In this document: positions 25,301 to 38,600 of the stretch, piece after piece | How the letters are laid out: each line of letters begins with the position of its first letter | How positions within the stretch are numbered: position 1 is the first letter of the stretch | Assembly: GCA_013239625.1 (NCBI GenBank) | Contig: MU053823.1 | Location: 147,698 to 211,697 of the forward strand | Direction of reading: 5' to 3' | DNA: 64,000 nucleotides | Source: Lama guanicoe | Lineage: Eukaryota | Made by a program: the position numbers and the translations under genes | The notes under the pieces: generated by a model | The model's input: the letters and a program-made list of their open reading frames with translations, nothing else | Database searches by the model: none | What the model was told of the DNA's origin: nothing

Positions 25301-28300
25301 ATGAATTTCCAACCACGATAGACGGTATTCATGGAGACATTAAAAATCAACTTAATGATCAGAGAAAATTCCTATTAGCCAGAAAAAAACAGCAGTATGC
25401 ACTAGACAAAGGGGAAATGTGACTTCTACTTAAAATTAAAATGGAAACAATATCAATAAAGCAAACAAGGCCGATATTCAGCATAAGCCCCAGTGGTGGG
25501 CTGACAGGACCACGTCACCCCATTGTCTAAGAGTGAAACTGTAGACCTCACCATGAGCAAGTATGCAGTATCTCTTCAGAACTGCCCATATGTAAAATGC
25601 TCACAGCCTATGAGAGTCCAGTGTATAATTGAATCCAGACTGTATCGGCTGGTCTGTAAGGAGATGTGGGTCTCATTTATGACCTCTCTCGCTGATGTAT
25701 TTTCCTCCATCTTGTGTTCTGTCTTCCCAGTCGTAAAATGACAGAAGTCATTCTACCCGTGAATTCCTGTCTATGCTAACTTTTCTCTTCTGAGGCTGAG
25801 AGAATGAAATTAAGCTAAAGGGAGAAGTGGGACAGGGACTTGGGGAGGAAACTTGGGAGACTGAATGGGTTCTCAAGATCTCTCCTATATTTCAGGTCCC
25901 AAGATCTTCATTCAAAGAGGAGGTAATGTTCCTCACTGTCCACGTGAAAGGACCAACCCATGAATTCAAGAAGCGGACCACAGTGCTGGTTAAAAACAAA
26001 GAGAGTCTAGTCTTTGTCCAGACAGACAAACCCATCTACAAACCAGGGCAGACAGGTACAAAGAGGCCTATAGTCAGGACAGCTCAAAAACGAAAGGTCC
26101 CCCTCCTCTGCGTATTCCTCAAAGGACTCCTGATTCCTTAATCGTTTGTCTTACTTGCCTATAGGGCTGGTTCAAGGCTTTTGAGATTCATGGAAAATAT
26201 TTCTGTTTCAGTGAAGTTTCGTGTTGTCTCGTTGGATGAAAATTTTCACCCCCTGAATGAGTCGGTAAGTCTCTTAATATCTATATAGAATTATTATTAT
26301 CTATATAAATAGGCTGGGAGCTTGTTTTTGGTGTTGGAGGAGGACCAGGGAGAGAAAGAATCTGGTATTTATAACAGCAATTTCTGGCATTACCATAGGG
26401 CAAAATCACAATTTAAAACAGTCTTCTGGCCAAGAGAGAGTAGTTAGTTCTATCTTGGTAGTGGTACTTAGCCATTTGTCACACAGTTCAACCAACTCTT
26501 TAGAAAATTCTTAATGAGGCATGTATCCATCCCTATTAGAATGTAAGCTCCATGAAGGTAGATATATTGTTGTTTTGTGTGTTGCTGTATTCCCAGCACC
26601 TAGAATTACATACAGCACGTGGTAGGCACTTAATAAATATTAGTTTTAAAAATGAATAAACAATGACAGTAGAGGAGCTATTCCCATTCCTCCTTATTCT
26701 TAGAACTACCTAAGAATACTGTGACCCACCGTAACATTTGGATCTGAACACGGTAACTTATAGCTCCATTAGTGTTTATTTCTCAGTCTGTAGAACAGCA
26801 TAGCAGTGTTCTTCACTGGGATGCTTACAAGCATTTAAGTGATATTAGTAAATCCCATTCCGAATGAATGGCACGTATGCATTTGCTGCTGACAGCCCAG
26901 TAAGTGCTTAACATTATTCATTAATTGCTTATAATGGATTAATTAAAAGTTCTGTAAAACTTGATCTACCATTTGTCTGTGTTTTACTGCAGATAAACTT
27001 ATTCTACATAAAGCGGTCTTGCTTATAAATTAGAACTGAGAATATTTCAGAACAATTCTCAATTCCTTTCTTCCTCTTTTGTCTTTCAGAGTCCACTAGT
27101 ATATATTGAGGTAAGCAATGTGAAACATTCCATAATTAGACATAAAGTAATAAATTCGAGGAAAATGTTCTTATTTGAGAGAGTCTTACAATAGTTCAGA
27201 AACGTGTTACTCATGGAGAAGCCTTCAGACTCATGTAACACTAGGTGGTTCTGATCTTCCCGCCCCGTCCCTCATCACCTCTTTGTGGACAACATAGGAG
27301 TCCCCATAGATTTCCTTTACTGTCTCTAATGCTCTAGGCTCTTTTGTAAATTACAGTAACTGTGCCCATAGGACCCCAAAGGAAATCGCATCGCACAGTG
27401 GCAGAACCTCAAGCTAGAGAATGGCCTCAAGCAATTGACCTTTGCCCTCTCGTCAGAGCCCATCCAAGGCTCCTACAAGGTGGTGGTACAGAAGGAATCA
27501 GGTGGAAAAGCAGAGCACCACTTCACTGTGGAGGAATATGGTATGGATTATGAAAAAATCATGGAACTTTTTTTTTTTAATTTAAACTTCAAGGGCCTAG
27601 AATTTGAGCAGACTTGGAATTCTTCTGTTTCCCATGGGTGAGCTTGGGCTTGGAGCTAATCTAATCTAGCTTACGTCTAAATTCAATGAGGACCATCAGT
27701 GATTTGTGAATAGGACTTCATATAGCTTTATGTAGCAATTTTTAATCTGAAAAAAATGTAAAACACTCTTACTCTAGTGGCGTCTTCCATAATTCATTTA
27801 GGTTACACTGATCCACCATAGTCCTTCAACCCAGGATTTCCATTTGCGAGTACGGTGGATACGCTGGAGAAGGGGGCTACCTTTCGGGGCCCTGAAGTAT
27901 TACTAGGGAATTGTTACTGAGAACCTGGAAATACCAGTTCCCTGAAAGGTGAAAACCAATCACGACTTCCTTTATCTCCACGAACAGTGCTCCCTAAGTT
28001 TGAAGTGCAAGTTACAGTGCCAAGGATAATCACTATCTTGGAAGAAGAGGTGACAGTGTCAGCGTGTGGCCTGTGAGTTTATACTTTTAACAAATCTTTT
28101 GAGGGGAATGAATTATTTAAAGGAGGCTCACCATTGGAGCTATTTTGGCTGGCTTGTTAGGAGCAGAACAGCACAAATACCTTCCATACACGGGCACACC
28201 CCCATCTCTAGAACTGTCCTCTCCTGCTGCTTTTCCATTTTCCTTCTTATTCCCTTTCATGTCCTTACCAGGATTATTACAGCTATCATGGGGAGAGCAA

Positions 28301-31300
28301 CTGTTCCGAGAGAGGCTATGCTACTAGGGTGGATTCTGAAAGTAACAAAGTTAGTCAAGCATGTGCACGCACACACACACAAATGAGACAGTGTTGAAGG
28401 GTAGTGACTTTCCCTTCACCAGCTTGTAGAGAAAATTCAATTAACAACAGATCATTTACCTGACCTTGCATACATAGTGGAAAATGGCTTACATTCAGAA
28501 CCGGCAGAGATAAACATATTACAGAAATCTCACCTAATCTCATCCTCTCATGCACCCACTGTTCAGATGGGTCCCTGCCTCAGCACTATCTTGAGAAACC
28601 CCTGCCAAGTTCCTGATCCTACGTAGCTGGTGAGCCAATATTCTTGCAAACAGAGATACAGACGAAATCTCAAATAGGGAAGCAATTATCAATGACAGAT
28701 TTAGGGCACAATCCCATTTTTGTCAAGAGTAAACAAGTACAATTCTATATGAACAGAGGAGGGATGGTGGGAAGACAGATAATAGTTTATATTTTTAAGT
28801 AGAACTCAGTGTTTCTTCTCTTTGCTTTGTTCATATTTTTTTTTTCTCTCTTAAGAGCTAGTGTAGCTTTGGCAATAAGAAAAATATTTTTTAAAAAATG
28901 AAACTGAAAATTAAAGATTAAGAAAAAAGATATGGTAAAAGAAGACTGCAGGAAACTTCAGCATGTTGCACTAGAAATTTATAAAAGAAAAGGATCATTG
29001 CTTCGTTTACTTGCCCTCAACACTGTATGAGCCCTGCAGAAGTTGAAGGGAAGTACAGGGAGTGAAAACATACCATTGCTAAAGGGGAACCGTAAGTAGG
29101 TGGAAAATGGGGGTGTTCAGTGTCTCATTTGATTTATTTGGCAATGTTCTGGTGACAGATACACATATGGGAAACCTGTCCCCGGACATGTGACGATAAG
29201 CATGTGCAGAAAGTACAGTAACCCCTCTGACTGCTTTGATGGAGAGTCACGTGCCATCTGTGAGACGTTCAGTCAGGAGGTATGTGGGAAACTTTTCGTT
29301 CAAGGCATTGTTGATAAGCAGTGAGTTACAACACGGGGCTAACTCAGGAAGAGACCCATCTATGAGAGGATTCTATGCTAATGACAGTAGTTTTTGAAAA
29401 ATTAGTGACTTAGCACAATAGGAATTCTTTCTTGTAACTGTCCGTTGTGAGTGTTTTTGGCGCACCACGCCCCCAGAATAACGGAAGTCGCGCCATCTCC
29501 AGCACCTGGTATCAAGCCGCCTTGAGAATCCAACTGGGTAAAGGAAAGAGGGAAACATACACACCTTAGCCACCTCGGCTGGGAAGGACGTCAACTTTTC
29601 TCTTTCTATGAGCCACGCTTGTCATATGCCCCCACCTAGATGCCAGAGAGGTAGGAAACACAGTCCTCAGGTGGGCAGGCACTTCCCAGCAATAGCTCCA
29701 AACTATGGGAAGGGAGCCAGACTTCAGTGAGGAGTTGGCTGCCTGCTATAGTAAGATTACCCCCAAATCTTACAGCATTTCACTCTCATTCACTCTACAG
29801 AATATCAGATATTAAGGAATACACTTGTGGATTATAAGCCAGAAACTGTTGCAAGATGTAATAATAATTAATCCCTAGAAAATGTGTATTGTGTTCTTAT
29901 CATGGAAAATTCCAAGGTTATGCTGCCTCAAAAAAGAAAAAATCCCACCAGATTGACCACTGATGTGTCCAGTCTTATGTTTTTGTATTTTATTTCGTCC
30001 TCTCCCAGCTAAACAGCAAGGGCTGCTTCTCTCAGAAAGTAGACACCAAGATCTTCCAGATGAAGAGACAAGGATTTGAAATGAAACTTGAAGTGGAGGC
30101 CAAGATCCAAGAAGAAGGAACAGGTTTGTGTACACAGTGTAATTTTGGGAGAACGAACAATGGACACTGATTCATTTCCTTTGCCAAATTACGAGTCGTA
30201 AGGGGGAGGTAGTGTAAATTCAAGGAGCGCATCCTTCCAAAAGAGAACTTAATTCCTCCTTCTTTTTCAGAGGTGGAATTCACTGGAAGAGGGTCCACTG
30301 AAATAACAAGAACCATAAGCAAACTGTCATTTGTGAAAGTGGACCCGTACATTAGACAAGGAATTCCCTTCTTTGGGCAGGTGAGGTATTTTTCAATTCA
30401 CAAATACCATACCTAATTCATATTATCTGTTGATTAATATAATCAGAGTTTTAAACCAATTAAAATAGATTTGTTCCTCTGTAAATCTGTGTACCAAATC
30501 TGTAAAAATCATTCCAAAGACTATCAAAATTAGAAGTTTTTTGCAACAGCACCGCGTGACGTCACTCGATCTCTTTCCCATGGTTCACCAGGCACCCTCA
30601 GACTTTTGTAACATTTTCTCACACGAATCTCAAACTTCATGGCGGCCAATTACATTCTCCTTCGAACATTAACGTTGTATGGAAATGAGTGGGTCAGAGG
30701 CTTTAATTTTTATTTTGACATATAAAAGATCCTACCATACCTAGGGTTTCTTTCCTGGATATTATATTTACATTAGTTCTTCCATAATAGCAAGCATATT
30801 TCAAAAACAGGACACATGGGGTAAAGGACTGCTATTCAATGTTCCCACATTTTAAAAATCTAAATTTTCTCACAGATCTACACAGAAACCTTCTGTAGTT
30901 ATTTTTTTTCCTTTATAAGTGCATATGCAAAGGGATCCTTTGGATTCCACAAGTCTAAGATGACAGCTGTATCTACCTCCGTGTGTAATTACTGTGTATC
31001 TTGTTACGAATGGAAATGTTACAAGACCTTAGCTGTGGAGCATGTAAAAGAGGGACCAGACTGCACAAAAGAGTGGGTAGAATAATTTTAGGATGTTTTG
31101 ATTACGCTATGACAGGAAACATATTCAAAAACTTTGGTCACTTCCTAAAATGAAAGTAAATTCACCTTTTTTAAATTTCTCAGAGGTACACTGCACTTCT
31201 TTGAGATTTTATCCCTGCTAAGTAACTGTCCTACTAGTCATAAGACTCTTGTCGAAAGAGAAATAGTGAACTTTGTGCCTGTTCTTTGTCTTCATATCCT

Positions 31301-32623
31301 AGCTGACATTTCATTGGCAAACTGAGATTTTGTTAATCAGTTACAAACACTAATCCAAGTCTGCTGGCTGTGCTTCCTTGTACCAGATGTAGCTTATACA
31401 CCATCTTTACAATCTGAACTGAAGTATTCATCTTCTGAGTTCAATATGAGCTGTAATTTGACTTTAGGTCCTTATTTAATACTTTGTGATTCTTTTCAAT
31501 TTCACATTTTTCAAATGGAAAGTGCCTTCTAAAATTGCTCACTGTGATATGGCTCTTGTGGTCTGTGACTTGCCAAAAGTTATATATAATAGACGGCATC
31601 TCCCAGACATGGACAGAATACAGTCTTCAGGTCACCTCTGTCATCATCTCCATCATTCTCTTCATGCTGCTTTGTCTTCTTTGAACTGATTACCACTCAA
31701 TAAGTACATATTATTTACGTGTTTATTTAGCTTCTGTCTCTTGTACTAGTCTGTAAGCTCTGTGATGGAAGGAACTTTGTTGTGTTCACTGCTGTTGCCT
31801 CAGTGCCTGGAACCATGTGCAACATACTGGACACACTCAATAAATACTGGGGATAAAATGAATGTATGGTGCCTATTGGATAGGAGCCACATAACTGATC
31901 TGCAGTTTTTAATCTTCAGGTGCTCCTAGTGGATGGGAAAGGTGTCCCCCTGCCAAATAAACGCATCGTCATCACAGCGAACGAAGCCAACTATGCCTCT
32001 AACGCCACCACCGATGAGCACGGCCTGGTGCAGTTCTCCATCAGCACCACCAACCTCACAGACACCTCCCTCACTGTCAAGGTAAGTTTGCAAGGAAGTG
32101 ACCAATGACATGATGTGGCCTTGGGGAAAAAAAAGGTTGCAACCTAAAAGTGATGAAATGTCCGAGTTGTGTTTAGTCCCATGGAGAGAAAATAAAGCTA
32201 GACATTAGAAACCAATTTCAGGTCAATTTTGAAAAAAGTAAATTAAAAAGGAGGCAATGGAGTGTTGTGGTTAAGGGGGGTTCCATTCATGCACTCCTGC
32301 TGGGAATATAAAATGGTGCAACTGCTATGGAAAACAGTATGGCAGGTCCCCTAAAATGAAAGTAGAACTACCACATGATCCAGTATCCCCACTTCTACGT
32401 GTATATTCAGAAGAATTGAAAGCAGAATCTCAAAGGGATATTTGCACAGCCATGTCCATAGAAGCACTACTTACAATAGCCAAGAGGTGGAAGCAACCCA
32501 AATATCCATCAACAGATGAATAGAATGCGGTATGTACACAGCCTTAAAGAGGAAAGAAATTCTGTCTTGTCTTACCATATGGATGAACCTTGAGGACATT
32601 ATGCTAAGTGAAATAGCCAGTCA

Positions 32624-32658
<35 letters not shown>

Positions 32659-35600
32659 GTGTATGATGCAACTTATACGTGGTACCTAAAGTACTAAAAG
32701 TCAGAGAAATAGAAAGTAGAATGGCGGCTGTCAGGGGTTGACGAGAATGAGAAGTGGGCAGTTGATGTTCAATGGGTATAGAGTTTTAGTTTTGCAAGAT
32801 AAAAAGTTCTGGAAATGGGCTGCATATTACTTAGCATTACCAAACTGTACATTTTAAAATTGTTTAAATGGTCATTTTATGTTGTGTTTTTTACCACAAT
32901 TTTTTTTTAAAGTGTAGGGTCCAGAATCAGATAAATTAGATTAAAATCCTGGCTCAACTCTGTATATAGAACAAATAACTAAGACTTCTATACTTCATTT
33001 CCTTGTCTATAACATGGATGCAGTATCAGTACCTAACTCTTGGGGTTATAACGAGGACTAAATGAGATAACACATGCTAAAGCACTTAGTAAGCCCCCTT
33101 TCATGGTTACATTACTATAAAAGCCCATTTTAACACTGTTAGTATTAATTCCATAAATTATTGCTCTGACTTTATTTTCGTCCTGCTATTCTAATTTTCT
33201 GCAGATTTTTTGTCCATACCCATATAACTTGCTTTGAATAGGGGCATACAGTCCTCTGTTCATTCTTTTATGATTTTTATATAAAATAAATCATGTTTTA
33301 CTGATTCAGCTTTCTATAAATGGCATAAAAGCCCGTACTTCTAAATAATTCAGAAATTGAAAATTCACTCATTTGTTTAATCAAAAGGCATCCTGAATGC
33401 GTTCTCTGATTATGTTTAATCATGACGTGCCTTGGGAGAGGGTGCGCTCAGTGGTAGAGTGCCTTCTTAGCATGTGTGAGGTCCTGGGTTCAGTACCTCC
33501 ATCAAAAAAGAAAGAACGAAGGAAATCTAATTACCCCTAAAAAAAAGAATTAAAAAAAAAAAAGATGTGTTTTGAATGCTAGTCCTGAACATGAAAATAT
33601 TATTTTTGAATTTTGTTTTCCTCTTTTTGATGATCATTTACATGTTATCACTATAAGATATATTGAGATAAGAACACACAGATCCACTTGTGCCACTTGG
33701 GAGGTGAGAATGAGGGTAGGGGGAGCCTGGAAAGAACGAAGGAACAAATTCTGCATGGAGGAAAGTGGAAACATAACCCAAATAGGGCCTATGAAGATTA
33801 AGAGCCCAGAATCACAAGAAGTGTTAAAAATAATCAGCCCAACACAGCCCAGGAGAGGTGGACTTCAACTACTTCACAAACTCGCCTCTGGAATCAGTGC
33901 TCTTTACAGAATTCTCAGACCCCCAAATTTGCAATATTACATTTATTCATAATACCCATTTGAAACCCATCATAAGTGAGGCATGTACTTTCTCAAATGC
34001 AGTTCCTCGGTTTCTGAAGATTGGTTAGTCTCCTCAGTGAGGTTTCATAGCTCCAGTGTCTCTGTCTGAATAGGTGAAGTGGCCACAGAAAAGTAGAGAA
34101 AGCAGATCAAAGCGAAGGGTGCCTGCCTCCTTTCATGCTCTTCAGAAATGAAAATACCAGCTCAAGGCGCCTCTGCCCTGTAAAGGTCTGCAGTGCAGAT
34201 AACAGAATTAGGGACCCTTCTCCCTCACATTTTTGTGTGCAGCAAAAGATGTCTGGGCACTAATGAAGGCAGGGCAGTAAACCAATGTAGTTTGATGAGA
34301 ACGCTGATTTCCTTTGATACAGAATCTGTAAGATAATTTTTTTTTCTAATTCATCAGGTCCAGCACCAGGACGACAATACCTGCTATGGCTACCTGTGGC
34401 TATCAAAGGAACATGAAGAAGCTTATCACACTGCTTATCTCGTATTCTCCCAAAGCAAGAGCTTTGTCTACCTTGAGCCCTTGCCTCGTGAACTGCCCTG
34501 CGGCCAAGCTCAGACAGTCCAAGTGCATTACGTTCTGAATGGACAGGTCCTGCAGGAGCTGAAGGAGCTTGAGTTCTATTACCTGGTGAGAAGGCAGGCC
34601 ACTGCCTTGACTCATCTGTAGATAAAAGCGCCCTTGGGCAGGGGTTTATAAAGCTCTTTAGATATCATTATTTTGATGTCTTGTCCATGTTCCTTTTGAA
34701 AGTCTGACTTCTCTCCAGTTTAAGTTTTAGCAGCAGGGGCTCAATAAAACAAGTGTATCACCTGGAGGGCAAGACCTGGGGGAAGATCTCTGCCAGGCAA
34801 ATTAAATTCTTTTTCATTTCCTTTTTTGCAGATAATGGCAAAGGGAGGCATCGTCCGAACAGGGACTCACGTATTGCCCTTGGAGCAGGGAGACAGTGGG
34901 TATTTCCATAATTTCCACCCTTCTGCCCTGTTCCGTGCGCCACATGCAGCCTTATGCTGCAGAAATACCAGGAATGGTTTCAAATGAAGAGAGACCATTT
35001 TCATCTAATGCCAATAAAGAAGTTGAGAGGGGAAAGCGATCATTTTTCTTTTTTTTAACCCTGTATCAAATATTTATTTTCTTTTCCTTTTCCAGGTTAA
35101 TCTGTTTAGACTATTTAAAATGTTGAGTTGTTTCATAATCTATGCTTATTCCAAATTTTCAAACCACAAATATTCATGGACCTTCTTCTCCAAATGACAT
35201 TTCAAAATTGTTTTAGACAATGGAGAGAAGGTCAAATTTTGGGTGTGTCTTCTGTAGAGTAGGTCCTGTACTGAGTCATGTATATCTTTATATCATATTT
35301 CCCTTTTGAAAATAGTTATGATTTATGAAGAGTCAAATTGGGTATTTCCACCATTGAATTGGACTCCCCCTAGGAACAAATGTGAAACAATTTTTTAAAA
35401 AAAGAAAAATGCTGAAGGTTTCTCCTATTATAAATGAGTCTGAAAGATCACTTACTAGAAAACTATCGGTGTACCACTCTTTTATTGTTTCTTCATAGCA
35501 ACACAGAAGATTTAGAGACATTTCATGCAACCTCTAAAGAACCTACATAGGCATCAAAAAATAACTTTCAAAGGAGCACAGTTCACCTCTTAAGAAGAAA

Positions 35601-38600
35601 GGATAGGTTATTTGGTTCATAGAAAGTTTAAGAGGATAGAAGGATTAAATACAATGCGTTAAACTCTTACATCTTACAACTTCAGGTCCTAGTTCCCTTC
35701 TCTGGTGGAAAGTCTAGATCAGATGGTAGCCAAGTGGATGTCTCCACATCCTTAGATGGCATCAGAACGTTACATAGATGAACTCAAGCTTCAAACTGGA
35801 GGATAAATCACTATGTGATTTATAAAGAAGAGAGCGCTTTGATAAGGTTTTTTTTTAAGCCAGAGTTCTAAGAGATATTCAGCTGTTTATTATATCTGCT
35901 ATTTATTATATCTCATATCTATTACACTTACTAATAGAAGCAGTCATTAGCCAGACCAGGCTCCTAAAATGACTTTGTACAACAGAAAAATGTCATTTCA
36001 GCCCTGATATGTCTAATCCATGACCACTTCCTCTTCTCTCTGTGCTCCAGTGAAAGGCCATTTTTCCATGTCATTCCCTGTGGAGTCAGACATTGCTCCC
36101 ATCGCTAGACTGCTGATCTATGCCATTTTACCTGATGGGGAAGTGATTGGAGATTCTGCAAAATACGAGGTTGAAAACTGCCTGGTCAACAAGGTGGGTG
36201 TTTTATACCCTAAAATGTTCAATATTTAAAACTGGAAATTACTACTGCTATCAAGTATTTTCTACGTGCGAGCATTGGAGCCAGAAGGGTTGAATGAACT
36301 CCGCACAGGTTTTCAGCAGGGTGATGGCAGAGTCACACTAAGAAGCCATGTCGCTTGACTCCTAGTGCAGAATTCTCATGTGCTGTTCAAAGTACCTTGT
36401 TCCCTTCTTCTATGATGAAATGTTGGGAAATATGTAACCAAGTTTTTAAAACTACAAAAGAACCAAAAGAAAACTACAAGAGCATCTAGAGCTATGTGCA
36501 TTCTTCCCACCGTTAATAAACACCCCACTGTGTGTTGAAGGTAAAAAATGGCATCTCAAATTTAATAACTTATAAAAACAGACATCATTATAATGATTCA
36601 ACTGATTCTTGAGAATCAGAGTGGCATAGAAGGAGGGGACACACAGCCTCAGGACTCACATGGTGTCCACCACCACGAAGTCAAAGTGATCACGCATCAA
36701 ATGTGAGGAACACTCAGGAAACACTGGTGGATGCACGGTTAAACCAGGCCATTTGTTTTTCTGACTTTGTCCCCAATTCCACAGGTGAATTTGAGCTTCA
36801 GCTCAGCACGAAGTCTCCCGGCCTCCCGAGCCCACCTGCGAGTCACCGCATCCCCTCAGTCCCTCTGCGCCCTCCGCGCCGTGGACCAGAGTGTGCTGCT
36901 CATGAGTCCTGAGGCCGAGCTCTCCCCCGCCTCGGTGAGTCCCATCAGCCTCAGGGTCAGGAAGGACCACATGAGGGGCTCAGAGCAAGGAGAAATCCGC
37001 TCTGAGTGGGATAGGAGCTACTAAAATTACAGTTATCCAGGAGTTAATAGTTTTGAGCTCTTTCATGGGCATTTCTGGGGGAAGAAGATATTACATATGA
37101 ATATGAATGCATGGAATATGGAAGATATTACATATTAATATATATGTAGACATATGTAATAAAAATCACGTGCCATCCAAAATCCTTGAAATCCTACAGC
37201 TCTATGAAACCAATAATAGGAATTTTAAAACTAGTTTTAATGTTTCAAAAAGTCTAACAAAAGTGGTACATATACCTACACTAAGACTGCATGGACTAAA
37301 TCAAATATCAAATTTTTGTTTTTATAAGAATGACATGAACTGAAACACTGCATGTCCCAAGATAAACACAGTTTCTGAAGGAAGGTCTATATTGTCTCTG
37401 ATGAATACAAATTAGGGAAAATTAATTCCTATATGATAAATGACACTGATAAATGAAACTTTTAAAATCTTAAGTTAATAGAAAAAATAACAAAAGGGTA
37501 TGCTTAACGGAACAACAAGGAACTTAGTGTGTATTAATAGTCTGTCTCTTCACATTTTCAATGAGGCCAACTGGAATAACCTCTTACTGTAGTTCTTTTA
37601 GTTTTTTTACTATAAAAATTCTATAAAAGGAAAGTTGTATTTTTACTTCCCTAAAAGAGAAACTTACAAGAAAAGATTTCTTACTTCTTGGTGCTCCCAA
37701 TGGCATTTCATTAAAAATATTAGAATACTTGTAAAGGCAGTATTAAGTACATCTCAATAGTGGGAGCAAGGAGATATGTGGAAAAGTAACATTAATATTT
37801 TCTGTTTGTATAACATAATTTTATAACTCTCAGGGTTTGTTTTTTTTTAATTATAAGAACCTTAATGGGTAGATAAGGCAGAAAATTCTATTAGTTTGTT
37901 CATAGTAAAGCAGAAGCTTTCAGGTATCCAGCAGTAGACTTGGGTTAGAACAAGAGTTCCTCTCAATCCCTGATAACACTTTATTAATGAAACACTGCAC
38001 CTGGTAGTGTAAGTCATTCATTCAGCACATTTATTTAGTGCCTACTATGTTCTGGGTGTGCCTACCATGTACCTAAGTCCTGGGGAATCTCCTAGTGAAC
38101 TACTAGAATGACAAAAATCGATGCACTCGTGAAACTTCACATTTTCATAAATGAGACAGACAATAATTATGGGACATGCTTTGGAGGAAAATAAAGCAGA
38201 GGAGGGAGATGAAGAATGGTAAGAGGGAGCTGCCTTTGAGAAAGGGTTTAATTTCATGATGCTACTCAGTTTGCTGATCGGTTCTTGTCAAACAATTTTG
38301 AGCTCCTATAAATATAATACGGTGCCACTGGGGGGTTTTATGTTTGTCTTATTCCCTTTCAAGTGAATTTGAAAGTATCATTTTCAGTATCCCACAGTTA
38401 AAGTTTTATGTATTTTGTAAAGATATGGAGCATCTTGTTTCCATGAATAATACCTTAGAAAATACTATCCTAACTTATATAGAGGACGTGTACTTATCCA
38501 CATGCCTGCTTAGAACGTGTGTCCATTTATTTACTTTGTTATACACCGAGTCAGTTACTAACCGCAAGGCAGAGGTGAAACTATTAATTTTATTCTATCA

